A stretch of DNA of 64,000 nucleotides from Candidatus Thorarchaeota archaeon (GCA_019057475.1 DXJO01000038.1:1-64000), one strand, 5' to 3'. Positions 9,438 to 19,469 are shown, counted from the stretch's first letter. Translations and numbers: made by a program. The notes: generated by a model from the letters alone, not told the origin.

Positions 9438-10429
9438 CTGTCTACCTCCTCGCTCTCTGGGAGTCCCAAATCCGCGATGTCCTTGGCAGCCTCCCCAATC
9501 CTGAGTAGAATATCAGCTACGTACAAGTGAGTCTGAGGTTCGTTGTTGGGAGTTGAGATTAGGTACTGCCTTAGCTTGGCAGTGTCCTCGATTATCTCTT
9601 TCTCTGCTTTTATGACCCATGCAACTTTCTCAGAGTCAAACTTGAACAGGCTTGTCACGGCATTGGATTGCATCTCCTTTGCCATCTTCACAATTGGCTC
9701 CATTTTCTTGACAAGTTTCTTGTCTAACGCATGCAGTGTCCGACTGGCAATGTCTACAGCTAGGTCCGCAATCCTCTCAATATACTGCGCAGCTAGTCGG
9801 AAGTCGAGTGCCTTTACCGGCGTTATACCCATTCCTTCGGACATACGAGGGTATTGAATAGCCAATCTGAGTTCTCGAACAATCAAAAAGAAAAGACGAT
9901 CTACCTCCTCATCACGCTTCACAACACTCTCCGCCATCTCCTGTAGCCCATCAAAGTAAGCGGTAAACGCGTCATTGAGCATTCTAGAGGCGATTAGGTT
10001 CATTCTTCGCATTGCCTTGTTTACGGGCAGCGTGGTGGGGTCAACCAGACATTGAACCACTATCTGATTATCGTCCTCGTCGGTCACTTCCAATGCAACA
10101 AATCTTTTGATGATTCGCTTCAACTCATCTCTCTGATCGTTTGAGATTGGTTTGTCACTCACCACATGAATTTCATCAAAGCCCAACAGGTACTTGCTTG
10201 TTATAGTCCATCGAAGATTTGGCTCAATCTCTACGATGGTATTTCTGCTCTCTCCAGCTTTAGGAAGTCGCGGGTCAACAATTAGGCTGCCATCCTCACG
10301 TTCAATAATCACAACAGGGTCGCCCTTGCTCAGTTTCTGCCTGCGTATCCACTCTTTAGGCAATATCACAAGAAAGGAGCTGCCGCTCTTGCCGCCCGTC
10401 TGCTGTAGTTTTCTGATGCTATATGGCAT
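9434..10429 (-). CDS. AbrB/MazE-PhoU phosphate uptake regulator
   Basis: RKLQQTGG..SFLVILPKEW (AbrB-like), RDEEVDRL, IERIADLA (PhoU repeats); start moved to 10429. Confidence 0.88.
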   Translation of the reverse strand: MPYSIRKLQQTGGKSGSSFLVILPKEWIRRQKLSKGDPVVIIEREDGSLIVDPRLPKAGESRNTIVEIEPNLRWTITSKYLLGFDEIHVVSDKPISNDQRDELKRIIKRFVALEVTDEDDNQIVVQCLVDPTTLPVNKAMRRMNLIASRMLNDAFTAYFDGLQEMAESVVKRDEEVDRLFFLIVRELRLAIQYPRMSEGMGITPVKALDFRLAAQYIERIADLAVDIASRTLHALDKKLVKKMEPIVKMAKEMQSNAVTSLFKFDSEKVAWVIKAEKEIIEDTAKLRQYLISTPNNEPQTHLYVADILLRIGEAAKDIADLGLPESEEVDS

Positions 10430-10662
10430 ACTCAGTACCGACCTGGATTGGAATGGCACCAAATGAGATATAGGTGGTTGGCTTATTACATTTCCCGACT
10501 GGTCGACTGCTGTAAACCATGTTGCATACCCTTCGGTGTCTACTCTTCTCTCATGGTTTGAACAAAAATCAGTTGTGAGTTGACAACTATGATGAAGATG
10601 CCGTGTCACCGCCGAGCGGACGTTTAAAATGACTTACTAGCTTTCAATTTACCGATGATACA

Positions 10663-12282
10663 TTGACTTCCACTCTTCGTCGCAGTATCCTGAAGCTCTT
10701 CATCAAGTCTGGGCTTCAGATTGCTCCAGACGCACTTGACTACATGCTCGACCTAGAGAATCCTCTAGAAGCAGCTGAAACGGTAATCCATCAAAGCAAC
10801 ACATCAGTCGCTCCACCGGTCCTTTCTCGCAATCACATTGAGGGATTCCTTTCAACAAGAGCAGAGATGCCCGAATTACATGACATCGATGAAGGTTCTA
10901 CGAACGTGATACTTCCTGAGGACTCTTCATCATCTACGGAAGAAACCGACTGGTCTATCAACGTAGTCAAGAACCCCACTCTGGAATCGGTGGGTTCTGC
11001 CGGAACAGTAGAGGACTTCCTTGCTCTCTTTAATGACAGATTTCGTCGCATAAAGAGAATCTACATGAGTCGAATTGACACACGAGGTGCTATCTCTCCG
11101 CAAGCTGCACGAAACAGGCGAGATGATGCGCGACACCGCAAAGCTATGAATAGAGAAGGAATGCGCACTCAGAAACGTCCCACTCATGTAGTAGTTGGCA
11201 TGGTCAAGGATAAGCGCATCTCTCGTTCTCGAAATGTGATTGTACAGTTGGAAGATCCAGAGGGCTCTATTGTATGTGTGATTCCTTCCGGAAGAGAGGG
11301 CATCCGAGGGCGTGAGTTGACAGACAGTGGTAACGCATTACTCTTAGATGAGGTAACCTGCATATCCGGCCACGTCGACCGAGATGGGCGGATGATTGCT
11401 CAATCCGTGATATTCCCTGACATACCCACAGCTCGGGAGATGGGACGGGCTCGCCGTGATATCTATGCCATCTTCATCTCCGACCTTCACTATGGCAGCA
11501 ACGAATTCCTAGAAGATGAATTCGACAGCTTCATTGATTGGGTGAATGGTCGCGATGTTGATAGCTCAGAGAAGGAAACAGTTCAAAAAATCAGGTACCT
11601 ATTCATTGCAGGCGACTTGGTAGATGGGATTGGTGTGTATCCATCGCAGTATGAAGACCTATCCATTCCAAGCATATACGATCAGTATGCTGGTCTAGCT
11701 GATAAACTCCGCAAGATTCCCAAACATGTCAAGATATTATGCATCCCTGGAAACCACGACGCCTGCAGACAAGCATTGCCAAAACCTCCAATCCCGGAGG
11801 AGTATGCAAAGCCGCTCTACGATCTTGGGGATCAGATACTGCTGATGGGTGATCCAAGTCAGCTGATAGTCGAGGGCGTGAACATACTATTGACCCATGG
11901 CGACAGCCTAGACGATGCAGTAACACAATTGCCCGGAGCCACCTACAAGCAACCTGCAATCCCCATGAAGGAGTTCCTTAGAAAGCGACACCTAGTTCCG
12001 ATGTATGGCGGGAAGACGGAGCTAGCGCCTTTGCATCGTGACTGGATGGTCATTGACACACCTCCTGACATTGTGCACTTTGGCCATGCTCATCACAATG
12101 CAGTTGACAATTACCGGGGCGTTCAGATTATCAACTCGGGAACATTTCAGGGCCAGACGGAGTTCATGCGCAAGCAAGGCATTATGCCTACTCCTGGGAT
12201 TGTGACCTATGTGAATCTTCGGACAGGAGCTCCCGAAGTCAAGTTCTTCTACAAAGGTCTGATTGCAGAAGCAACCGGATAA
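10663..12282 (+). CDS. polB: DNA polymerase D small subunit DP1 (3'-5' exonuclease)
   Basis: FISDLHYGS, AGDLVDGIGVYP, PGNHD, HFGHAH. Confidence 0.95.
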   Translation: MTSTLRRSILKLFIKSGLQIAPDALDYMLDLENPLEAAETVIHQSNTSVAPPVLSRNHIEGFLSTRAEMPELHDIDEGSTNVILPEDSSSSTEETDWSINVVKNPTLESVGSAGTVEDFLALFNDRFRRIKRIYMSRIDTRGAISPQAARNRRDDARHRKAMNREGMRTQKRPTHVVVGMVKDKRISRSRNVIVQLEDPEGSIVCVIPSGREGIRGRELTDSGNALLLDEVTCISGHVDRDGRMIAQSVIFPDIPTAREMGRARRDIYAIFISDLHYGSNEFLEDEFDSFIDWVNGRDVDSSEKETVQKIRYLFIAGDLVDGIGVYPSQYEDLSIPSIYDQYAGLADKLRKIPKHVKILCIPGNHDACRQALPKPPIPEEYAKPLYDLGDQILLMGDPSQLIVEGVNILLTHGDSLDDAVTQLPGATYKQPAIPMKEFLRKRHLVPMYGGKTELAPLHRDWMVIDTPPDIVHFGHAHHNAVDNYRGVQIINSGTFQGQTEFMRKQGIMPTPGIVTYVNLRTGAPEVKFFYKGLIAEATG

Positions 12283-12288
12283 CGATAA

Positions 12289-13554
12289 TCACGAAACAAA
12301 TTCATGCTCGTCCATTAAGTCATTGGCTATCTTCGTCAAGCGCACATCCTCATCAAGAATCGCGCCAATCTGCTTTTTGCTCACTGCGAGTCTGATTTTC
12401 TTTGTGCGACCGTACCTGCCTTTGGAAATAACAGTCGTATTGATGAGTCCAAGCATATCAAGCTCGGATATTAGATCAGATACGCGTCTCTGGGTCAATG
12501 TATCGATCGAGAGGGACTTGGCTATCTCTGCATACACGTTGAAGCATTCTCCAGTGAAGATATCGCGTTTGCCCTTGTTAGCTAGAGCGAACACCGAAAA
12601 CAAAACGGCCTTGGACTGCATTGGCAATGTCTTCACGGCTTCCGTGATGGTGTCGCGTTCAATCACTTTCTGGGCTTCTCTGACATGCTCCTGTGTAATC
12701 GCATTGTCGCCTCTGCGCTCAGCCAACTCACCAGCAGTTCTCAACAGGTCAAGTGCTCTTCTCGCATCACCATGTTCCTGAGCAGCAAGAGCTCCTACAA
12801 GGTTGATGACACCCTCATCCCCAATTGCTTCGGAGTTGAACGCAATCTCAACTCTCTGCTGAAGGATACCTCTCAGCTCCACTGCGTTATAGGGCGCAAA
12901 TATAATCTCTTCCTCGCCGAGTGTTGATAGTACGCGTGGGTCAAGCATCTCCTTGAATTTCAAGTCATTGCTTATCCCAATGATGGAGATTCGACTATTC
13001 ACCAACTCTCCATTCATCCTAGTGAGACTGTAGAGGATGTCGTTTCCTTGGCTGACATCGCGCTTGACAAGAGAGTCCACCTCGTCTAAGACAACAACCA
13101 TTATGCTAGTTTGCTGGTCAAGGCGTTTCTTGAATATTGATCTAATCTCATCTGTAGGTAGGCCGGTGAATGGAACCTCTGACCCGTCACGCATTCTTGC
13201 GTCGATGTCTTCGCAGAGCTTTCTTAGAACTCTATAGTTCGTACCTACAATCCTGCAATTCACATATGCCGTAAGTGGCGCAATCACTCCACTCTTTCGA
13301 GCCTTTTCAACAAGCAACGATAGAACATAGCGAGCAACCACAGTTTTTCCAGTGCCAGTTTTACCGTAGCAGAGGATGTTTGACGGCGGCGCACCTCGAA
13401 GCGCAGGACCTAAGATTGAACCTATCCTACTCATCTGGTCGTCACGATATGGGAGCTCATCAGGCACGTATGTCGGTCTGAGGGCGTTCCTATCCTTAAA
13501 GATCGCTTGACCTTGAAGGAACTTATCGAAGAGCTTGTCTAGCGGCTTTTCCAC
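12289..13554 (-). CDS. cdc6: Orc1/Cdc6 replication initiator
   Basis: Walker A GKTGTGKT, Walker B VVLDEVD, HGDARRALDLL, C-terminal wHTH ending GRYGRT. The start is likely GTG 13554, because the track start 13665 lies inside the IS end. Confidence 0.95.
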   Translation of the reverse strand: MEKPLDKLFDKFLQGQAIFKDRNALRPTYVPDELPYRDDQMSRIGSILGPALRGAPPSNILCYGKTGTGKTVVARYVLSLLVEKARKSGVIAPLTAYVNCRIVGTNYRVLRKLCEDIDARMRDGSEVPFTGLPTDEIRSIFKKRLDQQTSIMVVVLDEVDSLVKRDVSQGNDILYSLTRMNGELVNSRISIIGISNDLKFKEMLDPRVLSTLGEEEIIFAPYNAVELRGILQQRVEIAFNSEAIGDEGVINLVGALAAQEHGDARRALDLLRTAGELAERRGDNAITQEHVREAQKVIERDTITEAVKTLPMQSKAVLFSVFALANKGKRDIFTGECFNVYAEIAKSLSIDTLTQRRVSDLISELDMLGLINTTVISKGRYGRTKKIRLAVSKKQIGAILDEDVRLTKIANDLMDEHEFVS

Positions 13555-13567
13555 TGTGCACACCCAA

Positions 13568-13633
13568 CTCCATTCGAAACTATGGTTAGTTCCTGTGGAA
13601 TAGGCACCACTTCCAGTGGAGTTCCTGATAAAG
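13568..13633 (-). promoter_or_regulatory. cdc6 promoter with three mini-ORB-like boxes
   Basis: CTCCATTCGAAAC (13568-13580), TTCCTGTGGAA (13590-13600), TTCCAGTGGA (13611-13620); TATA-like TTTATCA on the minus strand at 13627-13633. Confidence 0.6.
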
Positions 13634-13643
13634 CTACGTATTA

Positions 13644-14972
13644 CCGTTGCCCGAAACTTGCACAATCTTGGACATCAATGTCCTTGACTGATGTTCGGTT
13701 CCTGATTCATTAAGGTCTGCTCTGCAGATCCTGCTGGCTCTGCGACAAGTCTTACGTCCTCTCCACAGGCGTTTTCTGTCTCCGTCCAACTGGCGGCGAC
13801 AAGATTACATGCAGCGTTCAGATCGCGGTCCATCTCCAACCCGCACTCTTCACAGACGTAGACTCTGTCTGATAAGCTTAGGTCTTTCTTGATATTCCCG
13901 CAGGCTGAACATCTCTTCGATGACGGGTAGAATCTTGGGGCAACGACAAGTTCAGAACCGTACCAATCACACTTGTACTGCAGTTGTCTTCTGAACTCGT
14001 GGAAACCCACATCAGCAATCACTCGGGACAGTTTCCTGTTCTTCAGCATCCCCGAGACACACAGGTCCTCAATCACTATCTGACCGTGGTTCTTGGCCAG
14101 ATACGTCGTGATCTTGTGTAGTGTGTCTTGTTGGATATTGAAGACTCTTAGATGCAATCTAGCAAGTCCAAGTCTTGCTCTCCCCCTGTTCTTGCTCCCT
14201 CTCTTCTTTCGTGATAGGCTCTTGGATAGTAGCCTCAGCTTTCTCAGTTTCGTTTCCAGGACACGCGGATTGGAATACATGGTTCCATCAGAGAGTGTGG
14301 CCAGAGTCTTGACACCAAGGTCCACTCCTACAGGTCCACCACTTGGAGATTCAGGGCTATCCATCTCCATCTCAACGGTCACTGATACATACCATCTGTC
14401 AGCTCTTCTTGTCACGGTGGCCGACAGCACCCTTCCTTTGAAGTAAATCTCTCTCTTCTCCTTGAGCCTGATTCTTCCTAGTCGTGGTAATTGAATCATT
14501 CGACCAACAAATCGGATGGTGCCAGTGAGTCTGAAACTGTCATGTACACCCCGCTTCTTGAACCTGGGAAATCCTACTCCTTTCCCGGACTTCAATCCCC
14601 GATAGAAGTTCTTGAAGGCTCTGTCAAGGTTTCTCAGGGCCTCCTGTGGGGCACACTTGGAGGCCTCGTACATCCACGGGAAGACCGTTCTCTTCAGTCG
14701 GTTCAGTTCCCTGTGCTGTGCAATAGCACTGGTAAAACGATCTTTGTCCTGATTCTGACGGTAGAGTGTGATTCTCTGCTGCAGACCCCAGTTGTAAGCA
14801 AAACGCGCACACCCGGCATGTTGAGAGAGTCTGGTCTTCAGTTGGTTGTTTGGGTCCAGTTCATATTTGAAGGCCCTAGCAATCAGCATTGAACATCCAC
14901 ACTACTCAATCCTGAGCGGCATGTTTTAACCACCTACAAACTGTTCAAGATTGTCCAAGTTCTTGGCAGCTG
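13644..14972 (-). mobile_element. non-autonomous IS607-type element carrying only tnpB
   Basis: 31-bp imperfect inverted end repeats at 13644-13674 and 14942-14972 (24/31). The right end reads AAGTTTCGGGCAACGG, like IS607 ends. No tnpA. Confidence 0.7.
13675..14889 (-). CDS. tnpB: RNA-guided endonuclease TnpB (canonical RuvC)
   Basis: HTH_OrfB N terminus (HAGCARFAYNWGL), GVDLG, IVIEDL, CSACG...CEECG, DRDLNAACNL. Confidence 0.95.
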   Translation of the reverse strand: MLIARAFKYELDPNNQLKTRLSQHAGCARFAYNWGLQQRITLYRQNQDKDRFTSAIAQHRELNRLKRTVFPWMYEASKCAPQEALRNLDRAFKNFYRGLKSGKGVGFPRFKKRGVHDSFRLTGTIRFVGRMIQLPRLGRIRLKEKREIYFKGRVLSATVTRRADRWYVSVTVEMEMDSPESPSGGPVGVDLGVKTLATLSDGTMYSNPRVLETKLRKLRLLSKSLSRKKRGSKNRGRARLGLARLHLRVFNIQQDTLHKITTYLAKNHGQIVIEDLCVSGMLKNRKLSRVIADVGFHEFRRQLQYKCDWYGSELVVAPRFYPSSKRCSACGNIKKDLSLSDRVYVCEECGLEMDRDLNAACNLVAASWTETENACGEDVRLVAEPAGSAEQTLMNQEPNISQGH

Positions 14973-15095
14973 TTGCATACCTTTGGTCTGGAAAACAACT
15001 AATCACCTCTTGTTGTTATTGGCGCATCCGTAGAATTCATCAGTGTTTCAGTGTCAGGACCGGGTAGGCTGTCGTGCGAAACAGGAGACTGCAAG

Positions 15096-15725
15096 TTGCG
15101 CTTGAAGGATTTGGAGATTACATTGCAATCAATGGAGCGAATCTCTGACTACGACATTTCTTTGGAACAATATCCAACTCCTGCCACCATTGCAGCCGCG
15201 GTACTGTTCTCTGCTGAGATGGACCATGGTGATATCGGTGGCAAGTTGGTATTTGATCTTGGATGCGGAGATGGCATATTCGCAATAGGCGCAGCCCTTC
15301 TCGGTGCGAAGAAAGCAGTGGGCATCGATGTCCAAAGCAAAGCCTTAAAGGCATCTCAAAGAAACTCCAACTTGCTCGGGACAGAGGACACCACAGACTG
15401 GGTCCTAGGGGATGTTGCTGATCTAGCATTGAAAGCGCCCATCGACACGGTGTTGAGCAACCCGCCCTTTGGAGTCAAAAAGAGAGGTGCGGACCTGAGA
15501 TTCCTCAGGAAGGCAATCTCTATAGCTCGAGTAACATATAGTATGCACCTCTCAGGTGAAAAGAATAGAGTCTTCCTTCGGAATGCAGTTGAAGACCTCG
15601 GAGGAGTCGTCACACAAATCGAGAGATTCGAGTTTCCGATACCCCGAATTTACAAGTTTCACCGGAAAGAACGACACATGATTAGAGTAGACCTGTACCG
15701 AATATGCAATGCGGATTGTGAATAA
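15096..15725 (+). CDS. METTL5-family SAM-dependent RNA methyltransferase
   Basis: LEQYPTP, DLGCGDG, NPPFG; TTG start after AGGAG. Confidence 0.9.
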   Translation: MRLKDLEITLQSMERISDYDISLEQYPTPATIAAAVLFSAEMDHGDIGGKLVFDLGCGDGIFAIGAALLGAKKAVGIDVQSKALKASQRNSNLLGTEDTTDWVLGDVADLALKAPIDTVLSNPPFGVKKRGADLRFLRKAISIARVTYSMHLSGEKNRVFLRNAVEDLGGVVTQIERFEFPIPRIYKFHRKERHMIRVDLYRICNADCE

Positions 15726-15726
15726 A

Positions 15727-16464
15727 ATGTCTAGCGTGAAAAATGGAGACATAGTTGTTCCTGGGGATCAATTGTGTGTGATTGAAGAGCTGTCTCCAAG
15801 CTTTGGTACCTACGAGAAAGAAGGCGTAGTGTTTGCAACCACAGCAGGAGGCGTTTCCATAGACCTCAAAGCGCGCAGCATAAGCGTTCTAGGTCCTGAT
15901 GGCCGTAGCAAACTTGCACTTCCAGTCAAGGGTGATATCATGATAGGTGAAGTAATTCGCGCCTACGAATCGCGCGCGGAAGTCAGTCTTGTAAAGCGAA
16001 ACGGGAAGGATATACTTAGTCCTCTCCTTGGTGAAATTCGCATTGGCAATGTGACTCGGCGGTTTGTGAAATCAATGCATGATGTGATGCGCGCCGGTGA
16101 CATAATCCGCGCTGAGGTACTGAACACACATGAAATACCCGCTGAGCTTAGTGTGGTTGGCCCGGACTTGGGTGTGATTCTCGGAAAGTGCACTCGATGT
16201 GGCAATGATTTGGTCTTGACTACACATAATAATATGGTCTGCTTGCGATGTGAGAATCACGAAATCCGCGAAGCGGCAAAAGATTACGGGGTGATGTTCG
16301 GTCTCGAAGCACGACCTGACATCGCACCACGAAGAAGGTCTTATGGTGACCGAGGAGGCGAAGATCGTCGCTACGGAGATAGACGCGGAAGAGATTCCAG
16401 GCGAAGAAGCGGAGGCCGCAGGAATTCCTACCGTGATGGCGATCGAAGGCCTAGGAGGCGATAA
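15727..16464 (+). CDS. csl4: exosome complex RNA-binding protein Csl4 with R/G/D-rich tail
   Basis: VVPGDQL..IEE, S1 domain GDIIRAEV, LGVI..KCTRCG...C.RC..E.R. Confidence 0.92.
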   Translation: MSSVKNGDIVVPGDQLCVIEELSPSFGTYEKEGVVFATTAGGVSIDLKARSISVLGPDGRSKLALPVKGDIMIGEVIRAYESRAEVSLVKRNGKDILSPLLGEIRIGNVTRRFVKSMHDVMRAGDIIRAEVLNTHEIPAELSVVGPDLGVILGKCTRCGNDLVLTTHNNMVCLRCENHEIREAAKDYGVMFGLEARPDIAPRRRSYGDRGGEDRRYGDRRGRDSRRRSGGRRNSYRDGDRRPRRR

Positions 16465-16466
16465 GT

Positions 16467-16757
16467 CTGAAAATAAAGACAATAGAGCATAGTCGAAGTG
16501 AGATTAAAGTTGAATTTCAAGAAGAGGGACATGGCTTCTGCAATTTGTTGCGCAAGACGCTTCTTGAGGAACCATCTGTCGAGTTTGCAGGTTACACCAT
16601 TGATCACCCTCTACTCGCAAATCCCATTGTTTCTCTGAAGACTAAGAAACGTCAGGCCAATGTAGTCCTTCGTGAAGGACTTGAGAAGATGCTTGCCCGG
16701 GCAGAGGAGTTCCGCAAGAAATTCAACCAAGCTATTTCCGACCATAATGTCGACTAA
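16467..16757 (+). CDS. rpoL: RNA polymerase subunit L (Rpo11), probable CTG start
   Basis: EGHGFCNLLRKTLL, FAGYTIDHPL. The frame is open upstream of 16545 (LKIKTIEHSRSEIKVEF) to CTG 16467, preceded by AGGAGG. Confidence 0.9.
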   Translation: MKIKTIEHSRSEIKVEFQEEGHGFCNLLRKTLLEEPSVEFAGYTIDHPLLANPIVSLKTKKRQANVVLREGLEKMLARAEEFRKKFNQAISDHNVD

Positions 16758-16791
16758 GTCTACACTTTGTCATCCATCTTGGTGACATACA

Positions 16792-17217
16792 ATGTGGAAT
16801 GCGCTAATCCAACATGAAACGATTGACTCGGTAATGCACGACAAGGGTCTCGCAAAGATCGGTGACGGCATCGTAAATCTCTGCTATTCCCTTGCGAAGT
16901 CGCTTGTTATTGGGGGTGCCACCGGCGAGAAAGTGCGAGACAGTGTATTAGCTCGTGCGATTCGTTCCACATCTCTGTATCAGCATATGGGTCGTAGGAC
17001 CGATATCGGTCGCGCAGCCGATGCCTATGAGGCCATCATGGCCTTTCTCTGGTTGAAAGGGACGATGACAATAGAGGCAGCAGTTACCACTTTAGTTCCA
17101 TTGCTTGAGATTGATACTGCAACTAGCAGAATGCAAGAGGGAGAAGTCGCAGCTCGTGCTTTTCAAGCTCTTCTCGAAGATAATCTAGATCATCTTCCCC
17201 CCTCACACATCCCATAA
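16792..17217 (+). CDS. archaeal RNase III-family (mini-III-like) protein
   Basis: DKGLAKIGDGIVNL.YSLA and ADAYEA motifs; conserved position between rpoL and tfs. Confidence 0.8.
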   Translation: MWNALIQHETIDSVMHDKGLAKIGDGIVNLCYSLAKSLVIGGATGEKVRDSVLARAIRSTSLYQHMGRRTDIGRAADAYEAIMAFLWLKGTMTIEAAVTTLVPLLEIDTATSRMQEGEVAARAFQALLEDNLDHLPPSHIP

Positions 17218-17301
17218 TGATGGAATTCGCTTCTCTTGATTGACTAAGCAATCCTTAATTGAGAAACATATAATCCCCCGAAGAACAAGAGGCACTTCGA
17301 T

Positions 17302-17625
17302 ATGCAGTTCTGTGAGAAATGTGACGCGATGATGGTCCCTGTGACAGAGGAAGATGGCTCTAGGGCTTTGAAATGCCGGAGCTGTGGAAACACGAAAAGA
17401 ATAGGCGGCCATCTCACAGTTTCTCAGAATCTTGAGAAGACCCCACGGGACAAGATAATCGTAGTCGAAGAGGACTCCATTCCCATGCCAACCATAAAGG
17501 CGGTGTGTCCGAAGTGCGATAATAACGTTGCATATTATTGGACACTTCAAACGCGGCGTGGAGACGAAGGCGCAACAGAGTTTTATCGATGCACGAAATG
17601 CGGTGCGACTTGGAGGCGGTATTAG
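17302..17625 (+). CDS. tfs: transcription factor S (TFS)
   Basis: Two Zn ribbons; QTRRGDE acidic hairpin; CTKCGATWR. Confidence 0.93.
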   Translation: MQFCEKCDAMMVPVTEEDGSRALKCRSCGNTKRIGGHLTVSQNLEKTPRDKIIVVEEDSIPMPTIKAVCPKCDNNVAYYWTLQTRRGDEGATEFYRCTKCGATWRRY

Positions 17626-17713
17626 GAAACATAACTCACATTGTCTACCCACCGGCGAACCTGTGCGAAACCGAACATACTTCCTCTGAGGTCAAAGAAC
17701 GACTACCTGCCGC

Positions 17714-18637
17714 CTAGCCTGGACTTTTCACTCGTTTTCTACTCTCTCGCTTAATGGTCTTTCTAATGGTTCCCGGCTGACGAAGTGCTCCGAACCGGTT
17801 CCACAGTATCTCTGTAATTTGTCCTGATTTGAAGCCTTGTCTGTGAAGGTCCACGATAATTTTAAGTTCTCGCTCGGAAATCCTTCGCCATTTCGCGGAT
17901 TCGGTCATTATTCTCAATTGAGTCAAACGCTCTTGACGTCCGACAGCATGCTTGAACAGAGGTAGTTCTTCACTCCTCCGAATATCCTCCTTCCTATAGA
18001 TTCTCACGCCTGTCGACGAAGGGCTGGCGTGGACACCAAGAGAGGCCAGAATACGGGCGAGGAAGTCCGGGTTCATGGCTGTCGATATTTCTGCATAGAA
18101 ACCCTTGATGGTGGCGCATCCATCGCCATCTGCTATACCCTGCAGGAATGCAACTCGCCAATCGTGAGGCATCTGCAGAATCCAATCAGCCTGAATCGGA
18201 GTCCAGCTCTTTGGAGTCGAGGCTTTGAGCCCTAGCAATGTCCTTTTTACCCATTGCAGAAAAGGACTGGCTTCACTAGCCCATTTTCTAGACACAGTGG
18301 TCTTCCCATTACGCTGCGACACTTGGTTTTTGTGTCGCTTGGATGAGATACCTATTTTTCCCAGCGCGTAGCAGAATCCCTTTCCAAGGTCCTTGCTCCA
18401 GCTGTACTTTATGCTTGCAGATAATTCCGCATGTGTTGATCGACTTGTTCCGGATCGAAACCAACTGTCTGAAACGAGAATGCCAAGGAGGAACATGAAC
18501 ATAAGCTCCCTTGGCGTTTCTCCGAACTTCGGAAGACCTGCCATGTCATATAGCGCGTCAACGCAGTGGGTGACCTCAATGTTACCTTTGAACTCGCGTC
18601 CAATCTCGGCAAGTCTCTCGCTAGCTGCCTTTCTCAA
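17714..18637 (-). CDS. free-standing LAGLIDADG homing-endonuclease-like protein, possibly 5'-damaged
   Basis: FLLGILVSDS and AFLQGIADGDG motifs; in-frame TAG at 18671-18673 separates the ORF from an upstream ATG at 18727. Confidence 0.7.
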   Translation of the reverse strand: MRKAASERLAEIGREFKGNIEVTHCVDALYDMAGLPKFGETPRELMFMFLLGILVSDSWFRSGTSRSTHAELSASIKYSWSKDLGKGFCYALGKIGISSKRHKNQVSQRNGKTTVSRKWASEASPFLQWVKRTLLGLKASTPKSWTPIQADWILQMPHDWRVAFLQGIADGDGCATIKGFYAEISTAMNPDFLARILASLGVHASPSSTGVRIYRKEDIRRSEELPLFKHAVGRQERLTQLRIMTESAKWRRISERELKIIVDLHRQGFKSGQITEILWNRFGALRQPGTIRKTIKRESRKRVKSPG

Positions 18638-18832
18638 CTCTTCATCATGCTTCAGCTCATGCTTCGAGTTCTACAGGCTCGCGAAGCAGCCATTGCATCC
18701 AGTCGTGATCGGATGTCTTCCAATCATGGCGGTTGAGTCGTGACCGAACTAACACATTTAAGGTCCCAGATATGTTGTTCACTGAAGCTTTTGGCTCATC
18801 CCATCTAGAATCAAATCTGTGGTGTAAACAAC

Positions 18833-19204
18833 TTGACTGAGGAGAAGAAGTACCCACGGGCCAAGCCCGCCAGACTCGTAACAGTGCGCAGCTTGAGTGC
18901 GGATACTGAGAACCCCGTCAAAATCATTGGGATTGTTGTTGAGGCACAACCAGGGATTGCACTGGTACAAGACATTCTTGATGATGTGGATAATGCAGGG
19001 TCGATATGGGCTATTGTTGAAGGCACGCTTGAGGTCGCGCAGAAGTACATCTTGATTGGCGACGTCACGGAAAAGAAGACCCAAGATAACAACGAACTCC
19101 GGTTAGCTGTTTCTCTCTCATACAACAGTGATTCACTTGATATCGCGCTTTACAAGGAAACGCTAGAATTAGAAGAGAAGGTCAACCAAGCTCTGTCTAG
19201 ATGA
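18833..19204 (+). CDS. single OB-fold protein, RPA small-subunit-like
   Basis: 123 aa, VKIIGIVVE...ILIGDV beta pattern, C-terminal helix; upstream of PCNA. Confidence 0.6.
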   Translation: MTEEKKYPRAKPARLVTVRSLSADTENPVKIIGIVVEAQPGIALVQDILDDVDNAGSIWAIVEGTLEVAQKYILIGDVTEKKTQDNNELRLAVSLSYNSDSLDIALYKETLELEEKVNQALSR

Positions 19205-19469
19205 TGAGAACCACAAGGAATCCCGTAACAAGCGGCAATTGCTGCATTGCCTCCTGCCTGTCGCACCTCAACGAGGCTTCCAATCTGAAAGAAGAGTACA
19301 CTTTAAGTAGGCAACATCAATGGTCTAGTTTGCTTGAACCTCACGAGTTGAAGCTCATAGTTTCATTCATGGATCTAGCTGAAGTGGCAAATCTCAACAT
19401 CCATGAGCATGCCATCAAATAGGAATCACAGGTAGTTGATACAGTAAACAAACAATAGGAGGAACCGAC

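Noticed and set aside
13555-13665. N-terminal extension of Cdc6
   Set aside because: Runs through promoter boxes into the IS end; GTG 13554 fits the family better
19201-19288. Box C/D sRNA (ATGATGA...CTGA)
   Set aside because: No convincing internal C'/D' boxes or terminal stem; cannot be supported without target matching
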